In this document: in pieces, positions 24,259 to 34,624 of the stretch
How positions within the stretch are numbered: position 1 is the stretch's first letter
Layout: each line of letters opens with the position of its first letter
DNA from: Phoronis australis
Lineage: Eukaryota; Animalia; Phoronida
DNA length: 64,000 bases
Direction: 5' to 3'
Assembly: GCA_002633005.1 (NCBI GenBank)
Contig: NMRA01000040.1
Span: forward strand, 451,362-515,361
Program-made: the position numbers and the translations under genes
The notes under the pieces: model-generated
The model's database searches: none
Seen by the model: the letters and a program-made list of their open reading frames with translations, nothing else
Told to the model about the DNA's origin: nothing

Positions 24259-26509
24259 TTTCCTTATCTGGTGTGTAGCCTTGGCAATGAAGAAACAAAC
24301 CTTTAAAATAAAAAAAATGAACAAATAAAGATCCTGGAAACATCAAATAGTAAAATGTTTCATATATCAAATTGTAACTGGGCTAACTTGTATTGAAAAT
24401 CTGACATGATGTGTTACAGACAAACCAGAGTTCATTTCGTTCCAGCAAACGGAATAAAACCAACATCACTGTTCTTACCAAATTTTGAGCCACAACATTC
24501 AAATGTGACCACTACACTCAAATTTTGAATCCCAGCACTCCATTCTACACTTATTTCACACAATAATGAATTCCAAAACTGTCATTTTTCTATTTTTCAG
24601 AGGCTCATTACCTTGCTCTAAATAATGGATACTTTAAGGAATGTTATTATATCATATAATCTACACAGTACATATGATTCTAATAATGAACTAAAATTTT
24701 CTTATTTTTGAGAAATTCCACAAACTAAAATTTCCCTTTTCCACCATATTGTGTGCCAAATAGGTTAGGAATTACCGTATCATAACTTTGGCTACATTGC
24801 CCTCAACATGTAAAATGATTTGTCGCCACTGTCACATTTTTCAGTCTAGCACCCACTGCAATCTCAATCTCATCTTTTTATCACAGTTTTTGCCTACCAA
24901 TGATCTAATTACTCACAAAAATAAGCAAGAGCCAAGAATGGAACACAGATGGAAATTTGCTGAACACTGCGACTGACACTGCTTCGTCATTCCCACCCCG
25001 CTCAACATGGACCTTAGTGAGAACACCGAACATCGATACAATAATTACATATCTGGGAACATACGTTTGGTCACAGTCAAGAACATGACAACAGCATACA
25101 AAAACCACAAAGGAACAGGGAAACAAGCATATTCTGATGGTAGTTGATCAGGTCACGTAACAGTCAAACCAGAAGTATGAGTAGCTGACGCTCACTTCAA
25201 CATGGATAGATCGTTACGAGGAGAGCAGATGAGCGAAAACTGTCTAAGTATTTAGACTTGGCCAAGCCTGCTGATGTTTAACGTCTGTAAAAGTCATTGC
25301 AGGTATGACTAGACATTGCGATCCAAAAACCTGGCAACACGCGAGTCATTTCTCGGATCCTCAGTTCAAAATTGTAGTCGGGTATCATCCATGTGAATCC
25401 ACGAACTGATATGGGACTACGGGATAACATGATGGGTTATCTGCTAGATCCTGATAAGGTGGTGAGTACTCTGGGCGAGATTGATATAGACTTCACTGGT
25501 CCATATGCAGGTAGAGTAAACATAAGTGAGGGGTTATCTGGTCAGGTTTGATTTCTGAGGGATACAATGGTGGAATGGAACAAACCCAATATTCGTGTTG
25601 GAAAACTAGTTGTATTTCATACAAGGGATGGCAGATAACAACCTGTAGCAGCCTTAGAAATGTAGTTCGAGTTAGTAAAACCCTGAACCCTGACACTAAG
25701 ATCCAGTAACATGTGTTCCATGGTTCGTTGGAGCAAGTCAGAAAGTGGTCAACTCATATTTCAAACACACTTTTAAGTAACCGGCTTCAGTTATCCGAGC
25801 CTGACGGAAGAGGAAATTCATGCAGTTTCAATGAATCGTCTTTTGGTAGTAACTGATGGTCCGTACAATCACCCCCAGAGGGTCAGGTACTTCAAGGAGT
25901 TCTTCGAATAAGAATAAGCATGAGTCATCGAGTTCACCAGTGTTAGCAAAGTATTTGGTGTTTAAGTTCAGGAGAGGAAGGAGACAGTGAACTCATGACT
26001 TAAGTTTGTCTTTGTGATTTTCAGGTCCCAGGCCAGACATGTTAAGTTTGTTTTGGAAAAAAGAAAAAAGTGTAAACATGTTCAATTTAATGATTGAGCC
26101 AAATTCATACTAGAGTAAATATTTGGGATAGTTTCTGATCTTAGCTGGTGTATACTTATTATTTTTTTTAATTTAGGCAGAAAGACTTAAAATTGAACAA
26201 GAAGGAATGTTGTTTCACTGGCTTGGTACACAATTGTTGTTTAGATGGAAATTGATGCTGATTGCCAGAGAGCGATGGAGAGCTGCTTGGTTTGCCGAAA
26301 GCCCCACTTGATGTGTGGCTGAGATATCTGTCGCTCCATTGTGTCACTTTGAATCTCCTGCTGTACGAGTCAAGACATCTATTGGATGACCTCAGTGGTG
26401 ATTTATTGTGAAGTGAATAGATTATTAGAGAATTCAGGTAGGGCTGATATTGCAAGCAGTCAATATTGAGCACATTACAAATTGTTTCTTTAGATAATAT
26501 CTAGAATGC

Positions 26510-27040
26510 TCTTCCCCAAAATGGCCACTAGGACGTGCTGCAGTGGTCAAATCCACCCGCAAATCAAATACATCAGGAACTGCTTTTCTTCCAAAAAACA
26601 CTTGAAAAACCCTTGTTGAGAACAAAATTGCCACTAGGAAGTGCTGCAGTGGTTCAGTACGACCGAAAAATTTTTGGTGCTGGCACATTGACACCAGTCA
26701 CCACATACCACTCTTTCATTAAATGCTGCTGGTCGGTTCTCTAGATTTCAACAGAGGTCAAATCCCCCTGCAAATTCATAGGTGCCGTGGCATTGACATC
26801 ATATACCTGTGAGTCAAGTTTCATTGACATCAGTCAATCGGTTCTCTAGATATCATCCAGAAACACTCTTCTCCTAAAAATACTGAAAAAGCCACCTCCG
26901 ACCCAGGGAAGATTGAAAAGTGGCACAAACTGCTCTGGTAATGCCATCCACCCTTGTGTTAGATTTCATCGAAATCCGACCAGAGTTTTTGAGATATCGA
27001 GCAGACACCCAGATAGACAGTGACTACCGTTTCTAGCTGA
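26510..27040 (+). mobile_element. Non-autonomous element with degenerate internal repeats (Helentron/HINE-like)
   Basis: Repeated GCCACTAGGA-GTGCTGCAGTGG and TTTCAT...GGTTCTCTAGAT blocks, ending GAGATATCGAGCAGACACCCAGATAGACA, similar to 8155-8615. Confidence 0.5.
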
Positions 27041-27202
27041 CTAGAGACAGAGTAGCTCCTACAGGAGATTTACATGCCAGAAGCTTTTTGGCAAATTATG
27101 CCTCACACTGACTAACACAACAAAGTCACATTGTTATAAATACCTTTAGCGCATAGAGGGACACCTTAGGAGGCCGTCGATGAATTTAATTTCTTCCAAC
27201 TC

Positions 27203-27413
27203 GAAGAAATATTTCCGTTAACAAATTTTTTCTTTGAGCAGTCCCTCATTCATTTCCCAAAATCAGAAACTCGCCATTTGTAACACTGCGTGCAGAAGGT
27301 GGTATGACGTCATATCCCCTGACGTGTGCAGTGTAACAATGACCAGTAGCCGATTTTTAGAACTGAACGAGGGATTGCTCAAAGAAAAAGTTTGATAACA
27401 GGAGTGTTTCTTC
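27203..27413. mobile_element. Palindromic foldback element centred on TATGACGTCATA
   Basis: Arms GAAGAAATATTTCCGTTAACAAA-TTTTTCTTTGAGCAGTCCCTC vs GAGGGATTGCTCAAAGAAAAAGTTTGATAACAGGAGTGTTTCTTC; axis near 27308. Confidence 0.8.
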
Positions 27414-27596
27414 TAGCCAATACGTAGCCCCTCAGTTGGCCGGTTAGGGGCTATAATACTTCCCATCGGTTTCTGTACTAATTTCATCCTGTGTATTTTA
27501 AACGGGCGGTAGGCGAAATATGCTCACCGATTAAGACTTTTCACCTCGTCAAAAATATATCCTACACTTAAAACTATCACTTAAAAAGGCTCTTAC

Positions 27597-27815
27597 TTTC
27601 TTTAGTGATCCTTTCTGCTTCTACACAAATCTTTGATGAAGCATAGCTACGATAATTAAGGTGACTTTAGCGAAGAATTACAACTCCACTTTTCGATCAC
27701 CAATAACTTTTTCACCATGTGCGCAATAACCACAAAATATTTCAACTGAGTCACGTGAGTTAGGCAAAAGCTAGCGCGAGACTGAGCGAAGCGCGTGACG
27801 TACGTGGTGCATGAC
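27597..27815 (-). promoter_or_regulatory. Putative RAD50 core promoter and non-coding first exon
   Basis: CpG-rich cluster GTCACGTGAG, GCGCGTGACGTACGTGG; minus-strand donor GTAAGA at 27596-27591; coding exon 1 needs an upstream UTR exon. Confidence 0.45.
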
Positions 27816-27986
27816 ACTTACAAAATAGCTTGGGAATATCTCAGGTGAAATTTGTTAGATGTATGTCCCCTCTACTTTTTGTTTGTCAACAAGCGTGTTT
27901 TCACGTAATTTCCTGTCTAAAACCCAAAGTGACGACAATATCGAATATGTGGGAGCATAAAAACGGATAAACTTATTAAAAAGTAA

Positions 27987-28518
27987 TGTTGTACATGTGC
28001 TTTCGGTGAATCATATGAGCCTCTGTTAGGTACTCGCTAAGGGGCAATTACCTATTAGCTGAATGGTTAGCACGCTTGCCGGTTTTATGGGGGTCGCTGG
28101 TTCGATCCCCGGGTCGGGTATTCTCGGTTATTACTACAATTGGCGTAGTCGGCAAACGGATGATATACTGATGAAGCACTGCCAACTAGTACCCACGGAT
28201 CTCGGGACGGGGCGCATGGAAGGTTCCAGGAGTCAAGGACCTGTATGAGAGACTACCTTGTGTTCACCTGTGTTGTGGTGGTAAAGGTACCAAGGGACGT
28301 TGATGACCTGTATGCAAGACATCCTGGTGTTCACCTTCCTGGTGGCGTGCCTGTTCCGTAGGGGAATGTTGTAGATGTGTTTCCAGTGAATCATATGAGC
28401 CTCTGTTAGCTACTCGCTAAGGGGCAAGTGCGTATCAGCTGAATGGTTAGCACGCTTGCCAGTTTTATGGGGGTCACTGGTTCGATCCCCGGGTCGGGTA
28501 ATCTTGGCTATTACTATA
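27987..28518 (+). mobile_element. TRIM (miniature non-autonomous LTR retrotransposon) with tRNA-like LTRs, Helenus-like
   Basis: LTRs 27987-28138 and 28367-28518 (152 bp each, ~15 mismatches, no indels, TGTTGTA...TACTACA ends); PBS 28141-28154; PPT AGGGGAA 28360-28366; 4-bp TSD GTAA; A/B boxes inside the LTRs. Confidence 0.92.
28141..28154 (+). other. Primer-binding site complementary to tRNA-Ser 3' end
   Basis: TGGCGTAGTCGGCA, 2 nt after the LTR CA end, is the reverse complement of the tRNA-Ser 3' end TGCCGACTACGCCA. Confidence 0.85.
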
Positions 28519-28583
28519 GTAAGATAGACCCTACTAGGTTAATTTGTCTTCTGAGAAAAGTTCACCCCCAAGTTACTTCCAGA

Positions 28584-29299
28584 AATTAGTTGGTAATTGT
28601 TTACAATATGACGAAATTGACTTACACATATGATTTCGGTATTGTTCAATTCCTTGCAACATTATCTTTCTAAAAATACAACAAATTTTTTCCTACCCCA
28701 CTCCCTTAGTATTTTTTCTTGAAATTTCTGCTCGCACTATTTCCCGGTACTCAGTACTTCTGCAGATTGTCGCTTTTCATAGGTTCAAATTGACCGAGAC
28801 CCGTCTATCCCCTGCCTGAGTTACGGTCCCAAGGGTTCGAATTCGATCCTATGGTGACCCTGGTACGCATCTGCTAGCAAGAATCCACGAAAAAGCGGAG
28901 GTTGTTTTTGAGGTCCAACTTGGTGAAAAGGGTTTCACGTCAAACAATTTTCGTGGAAAAATGGTCAAATGGTCACAATTATACAAAATTTGGAAAAGGT
29001 GAAATGCCGCTACTTGTTTCTCCATATTATGTCGGGAAAACTTTAGCGGGAATCTCGCGCGGGCAAACACCATTCAGAATCGATGATGCTGTTTCATTCA
29101 TTAAAAACAGGTGTCGCTGTAATCTTGAGTTGAGCTAACATGGCGGTGTCAATCGGGAAATAGTGCGAACCGAAATTCGACAATAAAATACGGATGAAAC
29201 GCGGTAGGGGATACATTCATATATTTTTGGAAAGATAAGGATGAAAGGAATCGAACGATACCAAAATCATATGTGTAAGTCAATAATTACCAATTAGTT
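28584..29299. mobile_element. MITE with long terminal inverted repeats
   Basis: ATTGACTTACACATATGATTTCGGTATTGTTCAATTCC (28616-28652) mirrored by GGAATCGAACGATACCAAAATCATATGTGTAAGTCAAT (29247-29284). Confidence 0.8.
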
Positions 29300-29574
29300 A
29301 AACACAACTGCATAAAGCAAAACCCAAAGTCGTTGACCCGGGAAAGCCGAAAGGCCATGCCCGCAATCGCACAATGAGGGAATGTCACATTTGATGTGGC
29401 GTGTTAGGCGAGACGAGTTTGAAAAGTTACTTGCCTTTTAAACTGGAATAAAATGCTTCCTGGTATTGCTTTGTACAGAATATTTCAGTGCCGTTGAAGG
29501 ACCATGAATTGAAAACAAATCAAATGAAATTCAGTTACGACATTTCTGAAAACCGAGTTCCAAGTTCCCGCAAA

Positions 29575-29720
29575 ACCACTGACACTTCCGCTTCCTTTGG
29601 TGTCCAATGACACCTATTGGGAAAACACCAGGCTGCCACTGTTGAAGTTAGGGCAGCCAGCATCGGCAGCTTGTTTGTTTTACGTTATTTTACTCAACAC
29701 TTCCTGCCACAAGAGCCCGA
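29575..29720 (+). promoter_or_regulatory. Putative promoter of the E2 gene
   Basis: ETS-like ACTTCCGC/ACTTCCTG and a CCAAT/ATTGG pair; an acceptor at 30011-30012 implies a 5' UTR intron. Confidence 0.35.
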
Positions 29721-30161
29721 GACTCTTGACAGTGCACTGAAACAATGTGCAGCTGCTCATTTTTGATGTTCCTCCTCATTTCGGGTTGAAACAAGAGCCA
29801 TCTGGTGGCAACCTTTTTTCTATTCTTAGTAAAGTACGTCATGGAATTTATAGCTATGGATTGCATCACGATTTCACTATCGTTTATAAGGCAAACAAAC
29901 GCGTCTTTCTTCAGTTACAGGCCACAAGTTGAAACGAAAATGTACTAAAGGTAGCACTGAGTCTCTTAACCGAGGATATGTAGGCCTGGTATAAGTTGTT
30001 ATTTGATTTTAGGTCAAACGTCCCTGGCAGAGTGTTGAAGGTCGCGATGTAGTTGTCGCTATAATCCGTTGTGTAGCCCGAGGGCCTTTCGGCGTGTTTG
30101 ATTCAATTATCTGAGAAAAAGATGAAGACAGAACATCTCTATAGAATTCCCTGTGCCAAGG

Positions 30162-32150
30162 ATGACAAGAATTGTGAAGGAGTTTTTTCAGCTGATGAGA
30201 AACGTACAGAGTTTCTCAGACGGCCAAGCGAGGGTGGTTGAATACGAGGAAGAAGAGTTCGACAGTTTCTTCGTTGTATTCCAACCCAACAGTGGACCAT
30301 ACAAAGACATGAAATTCAGGGTGAGTACAATTGGTTAGCATGTGGATGTTGCTAATCAAATCTTTTGAATTATTTACCAATTTACAGTAACTTGTCGCTA
30401 GTACAGTAGTGACCTAGCAACGGTATGTGACGGGTCCGGACCGGAAGCGACAGTGAGGCCTATCCGCGGGACTCGACCAGTGCAGAGATCAGGAAACCAC
30501 GGAAGCTCGAGAGTAATATTATTCAAATATTAATTTGCTCATCTTCTCTACTTTTTACATGAAATGTCGCTCTAGAATATCTAGAATATAGATGGTTATA
30601 CGTTACCCGTTGCCTTTCCGCCGGAGCCGGCATCCGTTGCCATGGTCACCAACCCAGCTTCACTGAAACCCCAGGAGGCATCTAGGATGTCGTATTGGGG
30701 GAAACTACAATTTTTTTAAGAAAAGGCTCGTGCAAACAATGTTATTTTTGGTCATGTCGATGATGGGTCCGTTGCTCCCTTCCCTAAATCCGTCGTCTAT
30801 GTAATGAGCCTGAGTCATATGACATTTCGTTAGATCACAGCCCTGTCACAACCCTATACGTTTTCACGGTTCTTACTACCACTCCCGCTGTTTCGGCCAT
30901 TTTGTTGGTGCACTACCAAACTGGATGTCAAACATTGATGTTCTAATTCTTCAATAAGGTTGGCTTCTTTTGAAAATATTGGCATAACGTTTTTTTTTTT
31001 TGAAACAGCACTGCATTCAGGAAGTAAATTTTGATTACAGCAACAGTTTTGTACTCAAATTCGCTTCAGTGATTTTAACGAACTGAAGGACATCTTTAAG
31101 TTGTGCAACTGAAATTAATTACTAGTTAGCCTGATGCCACATTCAATGCATTTCACCGGACGCCGAGTTAAAGGTGCCGGTGTTTTGCGATAACTGAGTC
31201 GGGTATCCTAAGTGCCAACTTTAACGGATTTGTTCACGTGCATAAATGTTTACTACTGTGCGTATTTGTGGCTATGCGTCTATGTCCGAAACAATGCAAG
31301 TTTTCAAAGATAATTTTTCCCTAGCGTTTCCCATGCAGGCGCAGTTGACTATTCCTCGTATGTGTGCGCCTGTTAAACTGGGTGTTTTTGGGGTGTCTTT
31401 GTCTGTTTTGCTCCTTGATTTTTTTCAAGCATTGCGCATACCCTTAATTCTTGACATGGGGCTTGGGGCTGTATCATAGCCATTTCTCGCTAGGACCCAA
31501 CTTTCTCGTAACTTTTCTTCTTCTTCTTCTCTCTTTAGGTGGAAATCGAATGCCGAAATTATAGCGCGAATCCCGATTGGCCCCCTGGTGTTAGGTTCAT
31601 CACGCCTATATACCATCCTAACATTGAACGTATCGGCGACAGTGAGTTTGATCCTCGTTGTGACGAGAGTGGAGATAGTAACATTTGTCTCAGCCTACTG
31701 GACGAATGGTCAGCCGAGAGGGATCTTGAAGATTTGGTCATGGGTATTCTGTTTCTCATCCATAACCCCCAGATTGACGATGCTCTGAGTCCATTGTTCG
31801 ACTCGAACACCACCGAGGAAGAATTTCTGGAAAATGTACAAAAGTACAAAAACGGTGAAACGACAGATTTCCTTTTTATCGACAAGGATCTTTACGGCGA
31901 CCCCGAGATGCCATCTGGTAGACCAGGATACGTGACTATCGATGGACAAAATGGGAATAAAGACGGGCCGGTTGGAGATGTGACTGGTCAACACGAGAAA
32001 GACGATGCTGATGACGTCATACCCATCACACAATATGGACTTGAGACAATGGAAATTGACAATAAACTAGACAAAGTAAACACTCTAATTCAAATGGTCG
32101 ATGATTTCAAGCAAATGCATATTACCAACAGCAATGACAACTCAACGTAA
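30162..32150 (+). CDS. Ubiquitin/NEDD8-conjugating enzyme E2 family protein (exons 30162-30320 and 31539-32150, ~256 aa)
   Basis: MTRIVKEF...FQPNSGPYKDMKFR|VEIEC...PDWPPGVRFITPIYHPNI...ICLSLLDEWSAERDLEDLVMGILFLIHNPQIDDALS; GTGAGT donor, polypyrimidine TAG acceptor, phase 0. Confidence 0.92.
30409..30649. mobile_element. MITE-like inverted-repeat element in E2 intron
   Basis: GTGACCTAGCAACGG...CCGGA mirrored by CCGGAGCCGGCATCCGTTGCCATGGTCAC. Confidence 0.6.
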
Positions 32151-33583
32151 AAGTTACGATAAGCTCTTACCTGTTAATGAACTATACACCTGTGCTTGCC
32201 ACAGTATCCCATACACATGTGCTTGTCACAGTATCACTCTATCTTAGGTTAAGCTGCCTAACATCGATTGGTGGACTTAACATTTGGCTAATGAACCTTC
32301 ATAATCATCTGTACTTTAGGTTAACGTGAAGTTTATGCAATAGCTTGTATTTTCGGCTACAGGTGTCGTGTGTAATATATGTTTTTGTTTATTTAATTAT
32401 ACAAAAAAATGTTATATTGTTTTGTTTTCTGTTAGACTACAAATAGTAAAGTCTTTGTTGTTTTAAAAGTTTAAAATATAAAGCAGACACCGGCGACTTC
32501 TGGACCTTAAAACGTCTTCGTGTTAAAACGCGTACATTAAAAAAATTACAATAACACCTTTAGTTGTTGTTGTTCATGTCAACTACGTTTTACTAAAAGT
32601 TTAAAACAGTTGCTTTTGGCAACAGTTAACCCGGAAATTGCTTGGGGATTAACATTTGCGGTAAAATCGATGAGCCACACAAGAGGTTTTTTTCACAGGA
32701 GCGTCTAGAAAGGCGCAAGCAGTCTGGCGTAAATGTGTGTTTTGACGTTTAGGAAGGAGAGGAAATACTACCTCATGCCATAGGGGATTTTTGTTTCGGC
32801 CTGAGTAGTTAGAGTTAGACTGTGTGCAATAAACGGGCACCTCTTGCTAAAAACGTTTGATTTAAGCCAATTACAGTTATACAATGGAATTCATTCGTTA
32901 GTTATTCAGATCTGAACTGATTCAATGACACCGATCAGTCTTTAGGAGACTTTGAAAATTATAACCGCGATACCGAAGAAATTCTTCATCATTTTTGCGG
33001 TAACTTTCAAATTCTGGATTGATTTAAACTCTCGAGAAACTGATAATTCGCTGTTGCACAAGACCAGCCTTGTTAAGTTCATTCAAATTGTATCTTGTCA
33101 GGGCGGGTACAGCAGCCTCAAACACTGAAGCAGTATAGTCATGAGAGGAATTTCAGGCCTTTTAACAATTGTAACTCATTTCAGTTGAAATAAAAGAGAA
33201 GAATGTAACGTTGCCTTAGAAGAGCTAAATACACTTGTGAAGAAAGTTGTTTTTAACACCAGTTTCTTGCTTCTACAGAACGCAGACCCGCACACTTTCA
33301 GTACATATTCTGGTTCCCGCGTCAAATACATACTTCTACCAACCATCGGTGAATGTTCAAAGCTACTGCTTTCGGCTGTGACTGTTTTCTCGCAGTGAGG
33401 CAGTATGGCTCGAAAAGGCTACTTCACGCCATTTGACGTGCCTGCGTTTGAGTGTTCACTCGTGTTTTCATGTGTTGCTAAAGCATTACGAGGCTAATAA
33501 ATCTAGAATTACGGAAATCCCTTCGAGGAAGGCTGGCTATATAAACCCTGAAAATTTGGTTAACTTCCGAAATATTATATCTC

Positions 33584-33825
33584 CATGCGCGCACCCAGCT
33601 TTCAAAATGGGGGAGCTCGAATTTCTGTTGGTGTGGACCCTTTCGACAACAAAAAAATCGGGAGGACTGAAAAAAATTCACAACTGTGAACTGTGCGTGT
33701 GCGTCTTTTTTAGTGCACTTTTGCCTCGTTTTCTCGGTCTTTTTGTTTCTCTGGGGTCGACCTTTTTGTCCACTTCGCCAAATGGGGGGGGGGGCGCCGT
33801 TCGAGCCCCCCTGGGTGCGCCCCTG
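33584..33825. mobile_element. Non-autonomous DNA transposon with 5-bp TSD
   Basis: TIRs CATGCGCGCACCCAG / CTGGGTGCGCCCCTG; ATCTC duplicated on both flanks; related partial copy at ~6650-6841. Confidence 0.75.
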
Positions 33826-33893
33826 ATCTCAGTAGTGGCAGATCGGATTCAAATGGAACTTTCACGTACTATGCTCGTTGCACTGTTCTCAAA

Positions 33894-34624
33894 AACGCGG
33901 TTTACCTATATAGGGCGAAATGCAGGATGAAGTGCAAGTCGAACTTCCATAACTGGTTCGGGCTCATTTGATAGGGTGAGGTCCGTTTGGAGAAGTTACT
34001 GAATAACTTGGTTTGCAGGGCTAAATACACTACAATCTCCTGAAGGCCATGTCCATCTACAGGAGTCAGGAGAACTGAACAGTGCCACTCTTTCCGCTAC
34101 ATGCAAAATTAGTCAAAAATTTCATAAAACAGATTTCACCGCAAATTAACCAAGGCAAAAATTGGTCCTGAATGATACTCCTACAACACGACACCACGCA
34201 CGAAATAAACGTGATTCAATATAAATTTTTAAAGCTGAATTTCTGAGGACACACTAACNAACGCGGTTTACCTATATAGGGCGAAATGCAGGATGAAGTG
34301 CAAGTCGAACTTCCATAACTGGTTCGGGCTCATTTGATAGGGTGAGGTCCGTTTGGAGAAGTTACTGAATAACTTGGTTTGCAGGGCTAAATACACTACA
34401 ATCTCCTGAAGGCCATGTCCATCTACAGGAGTCAGGAGAACTGAACAGTGCCACTCTTTCCGCTACATGCAAAATTAGTCAAAAATTTCATAAAACAGAT
34501 TTCACCGCAGATTAACCAAGGCAAAAATTGGTCCTGAATGATACTCCTACAACACGACACCACGCACGAAATAAACGTGATTCAATATAGATTTTTAAAG
34601 CTGAATTTCTGAGGACACACTAAC
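33894..34624. repeat. 365-bp near-identical tandem duplication split by one N (probable assembly artefact)
   Basis: 33894-34258 vs 34260-34624 differ by about two substitutions; N at 34259. Confidence 0.85.

Noticed and set aside
24900-26030. Coding-like stretch in the presumed RAD50 5' UTR intron
   Set aside because: The frames I translated are broken by stops and match no domain I recognise.
28050-28500. Two tRNA genes
   Set aside because: A/B boxes are present, but the acceptor and anticodon stems pair poorly and both lie inside LTRs; they are tRNA-like cassettes.
31559-32033. Antisense and alternate-frame ORFs over E2 exon 2 (likewise over FGF exons 1 and 3)
   Set aside because: Shadow ORFs of real coding exons.
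33894-34624. 365-bp tandem duplication as a real recent duplication
   Set aside because: The copies are nearly identical and joined by a single N, typical of an unmerged contig or haplotype overlap.
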